Positions 18,985-30,038 of a stretch of DNA of 64,000 nt are shown here, piece after piece. The DNA is from a virus, in IMG/VR virus record IMGVR_UViG_3300020213_000027, positions 15,845 to 79,844 of that record, one strand, 5' to 3'. The notes below the pieces were generated by a model that saw only the letters and a list, made by a program, of their open reading frames with translations, was not told where the DNA came from and made no database searches. Both the position numbers and the translations under genes were made by a program. Each line of letters starts with the position of its first letter. Position 1 is the stretch's first letter.

Positions 18985-19812
18985 AGAAAAAATTTGCTTT
19001 GCTAATATTAATTTTGCTACCCTATTTAATGATTGCTGTTTTTATCAATGACTTCATTAAGCATCTTGAAGGATTACAGATTAACTTTGACAATACAATG
19101 GAACATGTCTATTATTTAGGATGCATTGATACAAAATCAATAGATAAGATTCAATGCAAGATACGTGCTAAACTTGTTACATTTGAAATTAAGAGAGGAT
19201 TTAATGAAAAAAATTAATTGTGAGAAGCATGGAGAAGTGATTGCAGTTTGTACTGATTCTATTCTTTTAAGATATAATTGTGTTGACTGTGAACAAGAGA
19301 AGAATGATAATAAAGATAAGGATGGAAACATTATATGAACTATAAGCACGATGAAGTTATTTATTTTTTTACAGAAGATTTTTCTCATAAAAATGAACAC
19401 AAAATGAAAAAGTGTCCTTGTGATGATCCTGATTGTAAATTAGTAATCTTTGATAATGGATTTAATAAAGATATTAATTTACCAGCAAATGTTCTTCAAG
19501 TAGATTTTATAAACAAAAGGAAAATTTAATGATTACTTCTAAAAAACAATTATCAATTTTACATTTAAAAAATAAAAAAGCAAAAGATTTTAGGCTTATA
19601 GCCAACAATTATAAAGAGCTAAGAACTTTTGAACAAATTTTAGAAGGAATAACTGTATTTTCTATAATAGGTTTCAATAACATGGGAGTCACATTTCCAA
19701 AAACTTCTGATGGAATTAAAAAAGCAAATCGAATGGCTAAAAAACTACAAACATTAGATTTCTATGCTGAAGTAGATGTTAAAACTTTGTCAAAAGCTCT
19801 TTTAGAGATTCA

Positions 19813-20196
19813 ATGGTAAATATGAAATTTAAATGTAGAACTTGTTTCAAATTTAGAGATAGAATACGTAATGGAAACATGTTTGTTAATAAAAAGAATA
19901 AAAAATGGAAGAGTTTACAATGTCCAGATTGTATAGCATCAAATAATTCTAAAATAGCTAAAGAGGCGAGACTTAAAGCGAAACTAGAAGAAGAACTGGA
20001 AGAGGCTATGTATGGATCTTTAAATATGTTTCATGATCACAGGACTTGTAGGAATTGTAAAAATAAGCTAGAGACAAGCAGATGGTGGTATTGTTCTCTT
20101 TGTAAACCCTTCACTGTTAGTGATGCTTGGGATGATTATATTTATACAAATTCTATTGATAATCTATCTGAAATGAACTATTTTACGAGCATATGA
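19813..20196 (+). CDS. Cys-rich Zn-finger protein, resembles 13200-13472
   Basis: CRTC...W...CPDC...CRNC...CSLC. Confidence 0.5.
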   Translation: MVNMKFKCRTCFKFRDRIRNGNMFVNKKNKKWKSLQCPDCIASNNSKIAKEARLKAKLEEELEEAMYGSLNMFHDHRTCRNCKNKLETSRWWYCSLCKPFTVSDAWDDYIYTNSIDNLSEMNYFTSI

Positions 20197-20208
20197 AAAG
20201 GATTAAAA

Positions 20209-20925
20209 ATGCTTAAAGAAGAAATAAAACTTTATAAAGATAATCAAGGATACGTAAATCCCTATTTAGTTAATACAAGTCAAGGACGTCAATCTGATAA
20301 TGGAACAATGTTTTCTTCTGAATATTATATCATGCTATCTAAAAGACAAGAAGACACTGAAAGGGATGCTGATGAGTGGGAGGTTTTAATTGCTAAGTGT
20401 ATGCCTATTCCTGGTCTTACTGTACGTTATCCTGGTGATATTGCTATAGATGCTCCAGATAACATTTATGCCATACTAGCAGCTTCTAAAGTATTAAATA
20501 GGCCTCATGTTGCAAAATCTATGCTAGATTATGGATTTAAACATAGAGGATATTATAATATTGAAACTCCAACTTGGAATTGGGCTGGACTTCAATGGAG
20601 ACAGCTCCAAATGATATTTGCAATGCTTTGTGCTTCAAATACTTATAAATGGTGGAAGTTTTGGTATTGGCCTTTGGAACTATATTCAGCATTAGCTATT
20701 GCTATTTCTTGTATGAACACTCCTACTTATGAAACTGACCCAAGACGATTGAATTGGCTATTTATTCAATCCGTAAAAGAAGATTCTTTGCTTTGTCGAT
20801 TAGCTGCTAAAGTATGGTTTAAACGACTAAAAAAAGATTATGATGTAACAGAAAATGCAATGAGAGTAGTTGCAAAAACTTATTACCAAGACGATCACCC
20901 ATTTGCTAAATTTTGGATGGATTAA
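20209..20925 (+). CDS. Hypothetical protein
   Basis: 238-aa ORF with RBS AAAGGA; no recognised motif. Confidence 0.6.
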   Translation: MLKEEIKLYKDNQGYVNPYLVNTSQGRQSDNGTMFSSEYYIMLSKRQEDTERDADEWEVLIAKCMPIPGLTVRYPGDIAIDAPDNIYAILAASKVLNRPHVAKSMLDYGFKHRGYYNIETPTWNWAGLQWRQLQMIFAMLCASNTYKWWKFWYWPLELYSALAIAISCMNTPTYETDPRRLNWLFIQSVKEDSLLCRLAAKVWFKRLKKDYDVTENAMRVVAKTYYQDDHPFAKFWMD

Positions 20926-21063
20926 TATGATTGACAAACTATTAAAAGGCTTATTTATTTTAGTTATTTGCTTTCTAATCTATTTTACTGGTTGGTGTCA
21001 AGGATTTAATCGAGGCTACGATGTTGGAGAACAGATTACTAAGCAGACTTATAGGATACAATA

Positions 21064-21297
21064 ATGTTTAAAAATAATTTCATACAAATATTAGATGTTA
21101 ATGATAGATCAGTTTGGATAGATTATACAAAGATTATATGTTTACATAAAGATGAAGGCAACCCAAATCAAATTAGAATCTTCCTGGAAGGTAAACAAAT
21201 CTGGCTTGATATAAGTATAGATAGCTTTTTTGATATAATAAACAAGCATGAGCATAACTTAAAATTTAATAAGTCTTTAGAAGAGATTATTAGTTGA
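21064..21297 (+). CDS. Hypothetical protein with C-terminal FxxKL-like motif
   Basis: Ends FNKSLEEIIS. Confidence 0.5.
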   Translation: MFKNNFIQILDVNDRSVWIDYTKIICLHKDEGNPNQIRIFLEGKQIWLDISIDSFFDIINKHEHNLKFNKSLEEIIS

Positions 21298-21984
21298 CTT
21301 TTAATAAAATATAGGTAATATGAATATATGAGAATTGAAGAATACATTGAGAATCTAAAACGTGGTGTAGGAATTGCAAAGGCTTTGAGAATTGCAGAAA
21401 CTAGGATGAAAGAAACCAATCCTAAAAATTGGGAAGGAATTCCTAGAAGTGTAGTTTACTTTGTAAAAGATAAGAGACAAAAAGACCAACTAGATGTAAA
21501 ACATCTTACTTATCTACATAACTGGTGGACAGCGGTTTATTTTAATATGAAAAAGAAATATGGTAACTAATTTAATATTGACTCTAATTTGGTCTGTGAT
21601 TATAAGTATTCTTGGTAATATTTATGGTCTATCTTTCTCTACAAGATTACTAATGGTTGTTGTTGGTGGTTCAATTGTAGGAATTCTATTACCTATTAAA
21701 CCTAAGAAATAAAGGAAAAACTTGTGAATTTTAATGATGAATTCGAATATGAAGCTAATGACGATCAACTTTTTTATGTAGAAGTTCAAGGTGAAGTTTC
21801 AGATGGTGAAACTCATATCCAAGAAGTTACTATTTCTGATGGAGTAAATAAGATCGAATCTGATCATCCTTTGTTTGAAGAAATTTATGCAGAGGCTTTG
21901 AATAGGGAATATGAACCAGAAGTTCATGGACGAGATTTTGATTATTATGATTCTGATTTTAATAATTTTCTAAAAGAGACGTGA

Positions 21985-22161
21985 TTGGAAATTAAAAAAG
22001 AGGATATAGTAAAAACACATTTAAGACCTGGAGATTATTTCTTTGTCTTAAAAAGAAAAAAAGACATGATCTTAATTTCTACATATAATTTAGGAAATCA
22101 TTGGATTAGAGATATATTTTTTGAGCTTGTGACTTCCATTTTCCGAAGGAGAAAATCTTGA
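21985..22161 (+). CDS. KOW/SH3-like mini-protein (not in the ORF track)
   Basis: TTG start; MEIKKEDIVK...ELVTSIFRRRKS, 58 aa. Confidence 0.45.
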   Translation: MEIKKEDIVKTHLRPGDYFFVLKRKKDMILISTYNLGNHWIRDIFFELVTSIFRRRKS

Positions 22162-22628
22162 CTTTATTATCTTTTGTATTAATGACTTATGCCATGGCTT
22201 ATGATAAACCTTCAATTTCAAACATGCTTAAAGCTGCAGAGATCAAATATGAGATACCTGAAGGACTATTGGTAGCTATAGCTGAAGTTGAGTCGGGAGG
22301 TAATCCTAGGGCATTTGTGGCAGAGGATGGCAACTCAGGATTAGCTTCTCATGGATTGTTACAAGTTCAATTAGCATCAGCCAAAACAGTTGGATTTAAA
22401 GGTAAATCAAAAGAGTTGATGAGACCTGATGTTAATATTGAATATGGAGCTGCTTATTTTAAATGGTTATTAGAAACTCATAATAAAGACTTGTCATGGG
22501 CATTAACTTGTTATAATGTAGGTGTAGGACATAGAATGTGCAAGAATAAGAAATATTCAAATTATCCTGCAAAAGTTCTAAATGCCTATGTTAAGTATAA
22601 CCTAAGGAGTTTAAATGTATCTAATTAA
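22158..22628 (+). CDS. Second lytic transglycosylase (SLT domain)
   Basis: EVESGG, GLLQV, NIEYGAAY, CYNVG. Confidence 0.85.
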   Translation: MTLLSFVLMTYAMAYDKPSISNMLKAAEIKYEIPEGLLVAIAEVESGGNPRAFVAEDGNSGLASHGLLQVQLASAKTVGFKGKSKELMRPDVNIEYGAAYFKWLLETHNKDLSWALTCYNVGVGHRMCKNKKYSNYPAKVLNAYVKYNLRSLNVSN

Positions 22629-22782
22629 TAAAGATTTTAGTGACCAACCAATTTCAGTTATTAAACTACCAAATGGTGGATATAGATTTTATCCAATGAA
22701 TATTGAAGCAATTACAGTCTTTCTTGAATTTGAAAGAGAAAAAAAGACTAAAAAAGAACTTAATCATTGTGGTGCGGTTTAA
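22615..22782 (+). CDS. 55-aa protein ending CGAV (not in the ORF track)
   Basis: RBS AAGGAG before ATG 22615; ends ELNHCGAV. Confidence 0.55.
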   Translation: MYLINKDFSDQPISVIKLPNGGYRFYPMNIEAITVFLEFEREKKTKKELNHCGAV

Positions 22783-23471
22783 AATTTGTGATATTAGCAA
22801 TATTCGTAGTTGTAGTTATTTTACTTCTATTATGGTTTTAAAAGGATTATATGACACCTGAATATGAAAAAGAGATTCGAGATTTATTGTCAGAAGACTG
22901 GTTTATTGATAATCCAAATAGTGAGGTAAATGAATTCATTCAAGAGCTTTTTGTTGAAATCGATAGATTGAGAGAAGAGTTATTAGAAAATAAATCACTA
23001 GATGATGCCGTTAAATATCTACAAAAATCTACAGCTCAAGCAAATTATAGTCAAAAATTAGAAACTAAACTTGATATCCTTTCTACAGACTTAGTCAACA
23101 GAGAAGCTATTATAGGTACGCTTAAGTATAAGCTCGATTTGGCCGTGGCGGCCGCAGAAACCATTATATCATGGTGTGAAGATCCTGATCGCTGTAAAAT
23201 TGCTGAATGTCAAATAGCAAGAGATGCCCTATTAAAGATTCGAGATGTTCATGGAAAAGATTAAATATAAGGAAGGAGATAGAGTTATCATTGATGGAAT
23301 AGAAGCCGAAGTTTGCGCGATTTCTAGGAGTGGGTATGCTTATCTAGTTCCTTTAAATGATGGAGATCTTTATCATTCTGAGTACACTTTAAAAGGTGTA
23401 GTATTTGCAATTTTAAATACTAAGGGTAAAGATAGATATGGAAAAAGGGCTCAATCAATGATTAAAACTAA

Positions 23472-24068
23472 TTGTGGAGCAGTATGAATAAACTTTATTA
23501 TTTTCTTCCAGCTTTCTTTTTATTAACTTGTGCACCCCAAATATTGAATAGTTGTTTAGTAACAAAGATCAATGGTGTTTATATGGTAAAATGTCCAGAT
23601 GGATCTTCTACTGAATTTAAGGATGGACAGAATGGCCACTCAGTAGTATTTAATATTGCTTCTGCTGCAAAAACTCAATGTGTTAATGGTGGATCTATTC
23701 TTCTTATTGCAACAGATAAGAATGATAATGCTATATATGATAATGAAGATACCAATGTACAATCTGCAGTTATTTGTAATGGTGCTAATGGATCAGATGG
23801 CACTAATGGAACAAATGGTACTAATGCTCCCCCAACCCCCTTCACTCCTGTAGGACTTATAGATCCTTGTGGTAATGCTCCAAATATCTATGATGAGGTG
23901 TTTCTTAAATTGGCAGATGGAACTTTACTAGCCAGTTTTTCAGATAACGCAAATGGGAAAAATACTAGATTTAGTATTATTACTTCTGGAAACTATATGA
24001 CAACAGATGGATCAAACTGTTATTTTTCTGTAGACAATAATGGAAATATTTATAATGAACATTACTAA
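23472..24068 (+). CDS. Exported protein/lipoprotein with short collagen-like GTN repeat
   Basis: Signal peptide; CNGANGSDGTNGTNGTN. Confidence 0.6.
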   Translation: MWSSMNKLYYFLPAFFLLTCAPQILNSCLVTKINGVYMVKCPDGSSTEFKDGQNGHSVVFNIASAAKTQCVNGGSILLIATDKNDNAIYDNEDTNVQSAVICNGANGSDGTNGTNGTNAPPTPFTPVGLIDPCGNAPNIYDEVFLKLADGTLLASFSDNANGKNTRFSIITSGNYMTTDGSNCYFSVDNNGNIYNEHY

Positions 24069-24741
24069 AAAATCCTTTCAAGAAATAGCTGATGATGTAT
24101 TAGAAACACACAAAGAACTATTTGAAAACTTAGCCTCTATAGAAAGACTTGAAAAAACTAACCCCTCTCAAAAGGAATTAGAAATAGCTCGATGGCTTCT
24201 TGATAACAAAAAAGAGTTATCAGAGAAAGTACAAGAGCACCATAATAAGGCCTATCACTTACTTCCTGATTCATTAATTGATATTTATATGGATAATTTT
24301 AGTAATAAAGGCGTTGATATTATTAAAAATGAAATACAAGATATTTTTAACTTGACTCCAGAAGAGATGTGTAGTATTTTAACTAAAGAGTTCATAAAAA
24401 CTGTTCTGGGTAAAGAATTTCTAGAACCAACAAAAGGATAATAAAATGGCTGAACGAGTAAGATATAAAAAGATGAGTGATAGTTTGCTAGAATCTGTGA
24501 GAGTATTTTCGCATCCAACTAATGGTGCACAATATAAAGTATTGATCAATAAAGCAGAAGATCAATGGCTAGTAGTTGATGCTGAAACTGAAATAGTTGC
24601 AGCAAGCGGAAGAAACACTAATGTTAATAAGCTTCAGCTAGCAGCTAGAGAAGCTCTTGTAAATTTGGGAGTTACTCTTCATACAGAGAAGAGACGAGAA
24701 AGAACTAAAAAGACTGCTACCGCTTCAGTATAAGGTCGCGT

Positions 24742-27465
24742 ATGTTTCAACCAACAGGATTTGCTCAAGAGATATTTCGAGATCGTTATGCATTCACTCC
24801 AACGGAAACATGGGAACAATGTGCCCTTCGTGTTGCGGAACAAATGGCAAGAGCAGAAGTTCCAGAGAAACAAAAGATTTACTTAGATAAGTTTTATAAT
24901 ATTTTAGTAAATAACTTCTTTGTTCCTGGAGGAAGAATATTATATAACTCTGGAAGAAATAATCCTCAACTTTTAAATTGCTTTGTATTAGGTGATAAAC
25001 TTGATAGTAAAGAAGGTTGGGGAAATGTAGCCAAAGAAATGGTTATCACAAGTATGACGGGCGGCGGATGTGGCATTGATTATTCAGATGTGCGTCCTAA
25101 AGGTGCTTCTATAACTGGACAGAAAGGCGAATGTCCTGGTCCAGTTGAGCTTATGAAGCTTGTAGATGGTTGTGCAAAGCCTGTACGTGCAGGAGGCCAA
25201 AGGCGAGTCGCCTTAATGTTTAGTCTAGATTTAGACCATCCTGATGTGTTAGAATTCCTAGATGCCAAATTAGAAAAAGGTATGCTAACTCATGCCAACG
25301 TATCTGTACGATCTAAAAAAACTTCCAAATTTATTAAAGCAATTAAGGAAGATGGAGATTGGGAATTGTCATGGAAAGGCAAATACAAAAAAACTATTAA
25401 AGCTAAAGAACTTTGGAATAAAATTGTCCAAAATGCTTATGATTCTGCTGAACCAGGATTTCTTAATTGGGAATTAGTTTCTAATGAATCAAATATTGGA
25501 TATGTTGAAGATTTGGTTACTACTAATCCATGTGTTATAGGGGAAACAGAAATATTAACTAAAGATGGATATACTAGAATTGATAGTCTAGTTAATCAAG
25601 AAGTTGAAATTTGGAATGGATTTGAATGGAGTAAAGTTACACCCAAAATTACAGGAAAAAATCAATCGGTAGTAACTGTTTTATTAAGTAATGGTTTGAG
25701 CTTAACTTGCACAGATTACCATAGATTTGAGATAGCTACTAATTATACAGGAAATCAAAAATCTATCTTAGCAAAAGATTTAGAGCCTGGAATGAAACTT
25801 ATTAAACATAATTTTCCTATTATAGAACATGGGGCTAATTTACGAGATGCTTATACTCAAGGATTTGTGGCAGCAGAAGGAATGGAACTAAATAAAACCT
25901 TGTATGTTTATAAACCTAAAGAGATCTGTATAAGTAGATTAGAAGGTATTAAAAAATCTAGTTGGGAAGAAAATAATAAAAGATTCAGAATTATATTAAA
26001 AGAAATTCCCTATTCTAAAAATTTTGTACCAATTGAATATAATCTAAAATCAAAATTAGATTGGCTTGCCGGATTGTTTGATGGTGATGGGTGTGAGCTA
26101 AAAGAAGGAGGACTACAATTAGTATCAGTTAATAGATCTTTTTTACTAAATTTACAAAAATTACTTACTACAGTTGGAATTTCTTCAAAAATATTACTAT
26201 TTCATTCTGAAGGTATGCGAATGATGCCTAATCATAAGGGAGGCAATCAAGAATACTTTTGTAAAGAATCATATAGAATATGTATAGGAGCATTTCAAAT
26301 ACAAGAACTTAAAAAATTAGGATTTAAATGTGAGAGACTAAAATTTGAAAAATCTCCTAATAGAGACGCTTCTCAATTTGTTACTGTAGTAGATGTTACT
26401 GATTCTGGTATAGCCGACACAGTTTATTGTTTCAATGAGCCCTTAAAACATTTAGGCATTTTTAATGGGATTATAACTGGTCAATGTGGAGAAATTGCTT
26501 TATCTTCTTATGATTGTTGTTGTCTTGGCCATCTTGTTTTACCTCGTTTTATTACCAATTCTAGTATTGATTATGCTTTGCTTGCTGATGTTATTCGTGC
26601 TTCAGTTAGATTCTTAGACAATGTCTTAACCGTTAATTCTTATCCTCTTCAAGAAATGAGAGATAAATCTCATAAACTTAGAAGAATCGGGCTTGGAACA
26701 ACAGGACTAGCTGATACGTTAACAATGTTAGGACTTCAATATGGAAGTGAAGAAGGTAATAAGTTTTTAGATAAACTTTATAGATTCATTTCCAAAATTG
26801 CTTATGAGACTTCTGTAATGCTCGCAGTTGAAAAAGGTATGTTTCCGGCATGTGATCCCGATAAGCATGTAGAATCTGATTTTATGAGAAGAATGCCTAA
26901 TAAGATTAGATCTTTAGTTCGTGAACATGGGATTAGAAATTGTGCTATATTAACTCAAGCTCCAACAGGAACAGTTAGCATTCTTTCAGGAAACTGTAGC
27001 TCAGGAATTGAGCCTATGTTTGCTCCAGTATATGAACGTAGATTTTGGAAAGATAATGAAAGAAAAATTGAACTTGTATTTCATCCTTTATTTGAACAAT
27101 ATATGAAGCAAGGAAAAGATGTCAGGCATTTTATTGGTTCACACAATCTTTCTGTGAAGGATCACCTAGAAGTACAGCGTATTGTACAAAACCATGTTGA
27201 TAATGCAGTTTCAAAAACGATAAATATTCCTAACACTTATTTAATAGAAGATATGGAAAGACTTTGGTTAAAATATTTGCCATATTTAAAGGGCACCACT
27301 TTTTATAGAGAAGGAACTAGAGGATATATTGATGAGAAAGGGGTAGAACACCTACCTCCATTAACCCCACTTTCTTTAGAAGAAGGTGTTGCCAGATTTA
27401 AAGAGTCGCATAAAATCAATTCTGAAACTGTTGATGATTGTATTTCTGGAATTTGTGAAATATGA
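24742..27465 (+). CDS. nrdJ: Ribonucleotide reductase, class II (B12-dependent) type, intein-containing
   Basis: PGGRIL, NCFV, TNP|CGEI after splicing, APTGTVS, VSKTIN, C-terminal CISGIC; no beta subunit in the window. Confidence 0.88.
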   Translation: MFQPTGFAQEIFRDRYAFTPTETWEQCALRVAEQMARAEVPEKQKIYLDKFYNILVNNFFVPGGRILYNSGRNNPQLLNCFVLGDKLDSKEGWGNVAKEMVITSMTGGGCGIDYSDVRPKGASITGQKGECPGPVELMKLVDGCAKPVRAGGQRRVALMFSLDLDHPDVLEFLDAKLEKGMLTHANVSVRSKKTSKFIKAIKEDGDWELSWKGKYKKTIKAKELWNKIVQNAYDSAEPGFLNWELVSNESNIGYVEDLVTTNPCVIGETEILTKDGYTRIDSLVNQEVEIWNGFEWSKVTPKITGKNQSVVTVLLSNGLSLTCTDYHRFEIATNYTGNQKSILAKDLEPGMKLIKHNFPIIEHGANLRDAYTQGFVAAEGMELNKTLYVYKPKEICISRLEGIKKSSWEENNKRFRIILKEIPYSKNFVPIEYNLKSKLDWLAGLFDGDGCELKEGGLQLVSVNRSFLLNLQKLLTTVGISSKILLFHSEGMRMMPNHKGGNQEYFCKESYRICIGAFQIQELKKLGFKCERLKFEKSPNRDASQFVTVVDVTDSGIADTVYCFNEPLKHLGIFNGIITGQCGEIALSSYDCCCLGHLVLPRFITNSSIDYALLADVIRASVRFLDNVLTVNSYPLQEMRDKSHKLRRIGLGTTGLADTLTMLGLQYGSEEGNKFLDKLYRFISKIAYETSVMLAVEKGMFPACDPDKHVESDFMRRMPNKIRSLVREHGIRNCAILTQAPTGTVSILSGNCSSGIEPMFAPVYERRFWKDNERKIELVFHPLFEQYMKQGKDVRHFIGSHNLSVKDHLEVQRIVQNHVDNAVSKTINIPNTYLIEDMERLWLKYLPYLKGTTFYREGTRGYIDEKGVEHLPPLTPLSLEEGVARFKESHKINSETVDDCISGICEI
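25531..26484 (+). mobile_element. Intein with LAGLIDADG endonuclease, Gln-terminal (318 aa)
   Basis: CVIGETEILTKDG...CTDYHRF...WLAGLFDGDG...VYCFNEP...FNGIITGQ|C. Confidence 0.9.
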
Positions 27466-27855
27466 TTTACAAAGGCTTACAGCTCAAAGTAAAAGATAAT
27501 CATGGATATTTTAGATCCGCAACAGTTCTAGATCCTGTAGATCTATCTCATTCTGAAGAATGTTTATGGTGGGTTCAATACAGTGTAGATGATAATACAG
27601 AAGTCACTGTAGTAAGTGAAAATGACTTAATAAATTGGAATAGAGTATTTCACTGTGTTTGTGGCTCTGAAAAAGTAGGAATTTCAAATAGACATTCCTA
27701 TTGGTGTGCCAAATATGAAAAATTTAGAGTATAAATCTAAGGATAATGTTCTATATCCTGAATTTAAAAAGAAAAAAGTCTCTAATTTTATTATAAATGT
27801 CTATATGGCATTTGTATTCATTTTTACTTTCATATTACCATTTATTATTATCTAT

Positions 27856-27885
27856 TTGACATTGTAGTTATTAAAGTGCTATAAT
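27856..27885 (+). promoter_or_regulatory. sigma70-type promoter
   Basis: TTGACA-18 bp-TATAAT with extended -10 TG. Confidence 0.65.
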
Positions 27886-28054
27886 CATATTTTATGAAAG
27901 AATTTAGTTTTATTTGTTTATATTGTAATCATAAATGGAAAGAGTACTTATATATACTTCTTTCCAGTAGAAAATGTCCAATTTGTACAGATAAGAATTT
28001 AATCATAAAAGAAGTAAATGATGATAAAACAGTGGACTATTATGGAAAGAAAAA

Positions 28055-29158
28055 ATGACACAAAAACTATCATTTAGTGCAATAAATACATATACACAAT
28101 GCGGTAGAAAATATGAGCTTCGTTATAAGAAGAATCTAAGAGGTAAGTATTTTCATGCAGCTTTAGCATTTGGATCTGCAATTGATTCTTCTCTCAATGA
28201 GCTTCTATTAACTAAGGATTTATCTAAAGCAAAATTAGTATTTGACAAACAATGGAATTTTCAATTTATTAATAAGAAATATACGTCTTTACCAAGTTAT
28301 ACGGACATAGTTTATGCTGAAGCTGATTTTGATGAAGAATTATTAACTGATGCTGATAAGAATGATTTGCATGTAACTCTTTTAAATTTAAATGTTGATG
28401 GAACTTATTTAGAAATATATAATAATGTTCTAGAAGAGAAAAAAAGCAAAGGCTGGGATAATTTAACTCTAGAAAAAAGAAAATTCTTTAATTATACTAA
28501 TTGGCTATCCTTAAGACAAAAAGGATATATAATGCTAGAAAGCTATAATAAAAAAGTTATGCACCAAATAGAAGAGGTCCTTGCTGTTCAAAAGGAAAAT
28601 TATCTTCAAAACTCAGATGGTGATAAGGTAGTTCAATATTTAGATTTAATTGTAAGGTGGAAAGATGGACAAAGCATATTATTTGACAATAAAACTAGCG
28701 CTAGGGACTATGACATGGATAGCGCTGCACGCAGCCCGCAGCTCATCAGCTATTATCATGGCGCTAAAGAAGAATATGGATTAAATGCCATAGGCTTCAT
28801 AGTTTTAAAGAAAAATATACTTAAAAATAGACAAAAGATATGCAGCATTTGTATCAATGATGGAAGTGGAGGTCGTCATAAGACTTGTGATGCTACTATC
28901 AATGGAAAACGTTGTAATGGTAAATGGAATGAAAGAATCGACCCAGAAGCTAGCATCCAAATTGTTATTAATAAAGTAACAGACGTAGCTGAAAATTTAG
29001 TACTTGAAACCTTTAATGAAGCTAATGATGGAATTAAAAAAGGTAATTTTTATAGGAATTTATCAGCATGTCAAAATGGACCTATAATTTGTGAGTATAA
29101 GAATCTTTGTTGGAAGAATGATTCTAGTGAAATTGTAGATATGAGTAATGAAAAATGA
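28055..29158 (+). CDS. PD-(D/E)XK (Cas4/RecB-like) exonuclease
   Basis: LSFSAINTYTQC, LDLI, DNKT, QL-Y, C-terminal Cys cluster. Confidence 0.8.
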   Translation: MTQKLSFSAINTYTQCGRKYELRYKKNLRGKYFHAALAFGSAIDSSLNELLLTKDLSKAKLVFDKQWNFQFINKKYTSLPSYTDIVYAEADFDEELLTDADKNDLHVTLLNLNVDGTYLEIYNNVLEEKKSKGWDNLTLEKRKFFNYTNWLSLRQKGYIMLESYNKKVMHQIEEVLAVQKENYLQNSDGDKVVQYLDLIVRWKDGQSILFDNKTSARDYDMDSAARSPQLISYYHGAKEEYGLNAIGFIVLKKNILKNRQKICSICINDGSGGRHKTCDATINGKRCNGKWNERIDPEASIQIVINKVTDVAENLVLETFNEANDGIKKGNFYRNLSACQNGPIICEYKNLCWKNDSSEIVDMSNEK

Positions 29159-29481
29159 ATAAACTAATTTGGTATCCAATTACTAAAAAAACATACACTC
29201 ATAAAAAAGCTTTAAATTATGCTAAAGCTAGAGGATTAAGATTACCAACTGTTGAAGAAATTAAAGAAGCTATTAAAAATAAAGAAGATTTAGGTAAAGT
29301 TTCATTCTGGTCATCGGAGGTTCATCCAGATGGTCCCGAATTCGCCTTCGTCTTCTTGGACGATGGCTATATTCTCAGCGACAATCGTGACTTTGGCTTA
29401 TCGGTGCGCTGCGTGGAGACTGAGAAAGAAAAGTATAATAAAGAATTTAAAAATAAGCTTGATAATTTAATAAATGAATAG
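29155..29481 (+). CDS. DUF1566/C-type-lectin-fold protein (DGR-target-like) with FxxKL tail
   Basis: RLPTVEE, FWSS, SVRCV; GC-rich VR-like segment at 29305-29416. Confidence 0.7.
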   Translation: MNKLIWYPITKKTYTHKKALNYAKARGLRLPTVEEIKEAIKNKEDLGKVSFWSSEVHPDGPEFAFVFLDDGYILSDNRDFGLSVRCVETEKEKYNKEFKNKLDNLINE

Positions 29482-29906
29482 TATAATAAACATATTAGAA
29501 CGACTGATAGGATTTTTAAGGAGAATATCGATGGCCAGACCTAAAACAATAACACTTGAGCATGGAACAGTTTCACTTCAAGGATTTCCAAAAGAAGTAT
29601 CCGAAGCTCTTGCTGAACATATTAAGAACTATGGAAAACCTGCTTCAACAGAAGCAACTACATCTACAGTTTCTATTCCCACTTCTTCTGTAACAACACC
29701 AATCCCTGTCAATCAAGTTAGTTCTGAACTAACTGACACAGCTGTGGGAGTTAGACAGATTGGTAATAAATATGAACTAGTTCTAGTAAAATATAATGCA
29801 CAGACTAAAGATGCCAGTGTGCTAACTGTAGAGCCCTATGAATTTAGAAGAGAGGCTATTATGAAGTTTAAGATGAAAGCTTCTGAATTGAATTTTGTTT
29901 AATTTC

Positions 29907-30038
29907 GTGAATATTATTAAAGATATAATAGAATTAAGAAAAATAGGATGCAAATTAATTGATATAGCCAATAGCTATAAAATTAATAGGTCTTATTTAA
30001 GTAGAATTATTAAAAGACAAGTTAGAAGGGATATATAA
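29907..30038 (+). CDS. Stand-alone HTH, probable homing-endonuclease remnant
   Basis: IIELRKIG...DIANSYKINRSYLSRII, 43 aa. Confidence 0.4.
   Translation: MNIIKDIIELRKIGCKLIDIANSYKINRSYLSRIIKRQVRRDI

Noticed and set aside
28055-29158. Cas4-like nuclease as part of a CRISPR system
   Set aside because: No array or other cas genes; its position near ERF fits a recombination exonuclease
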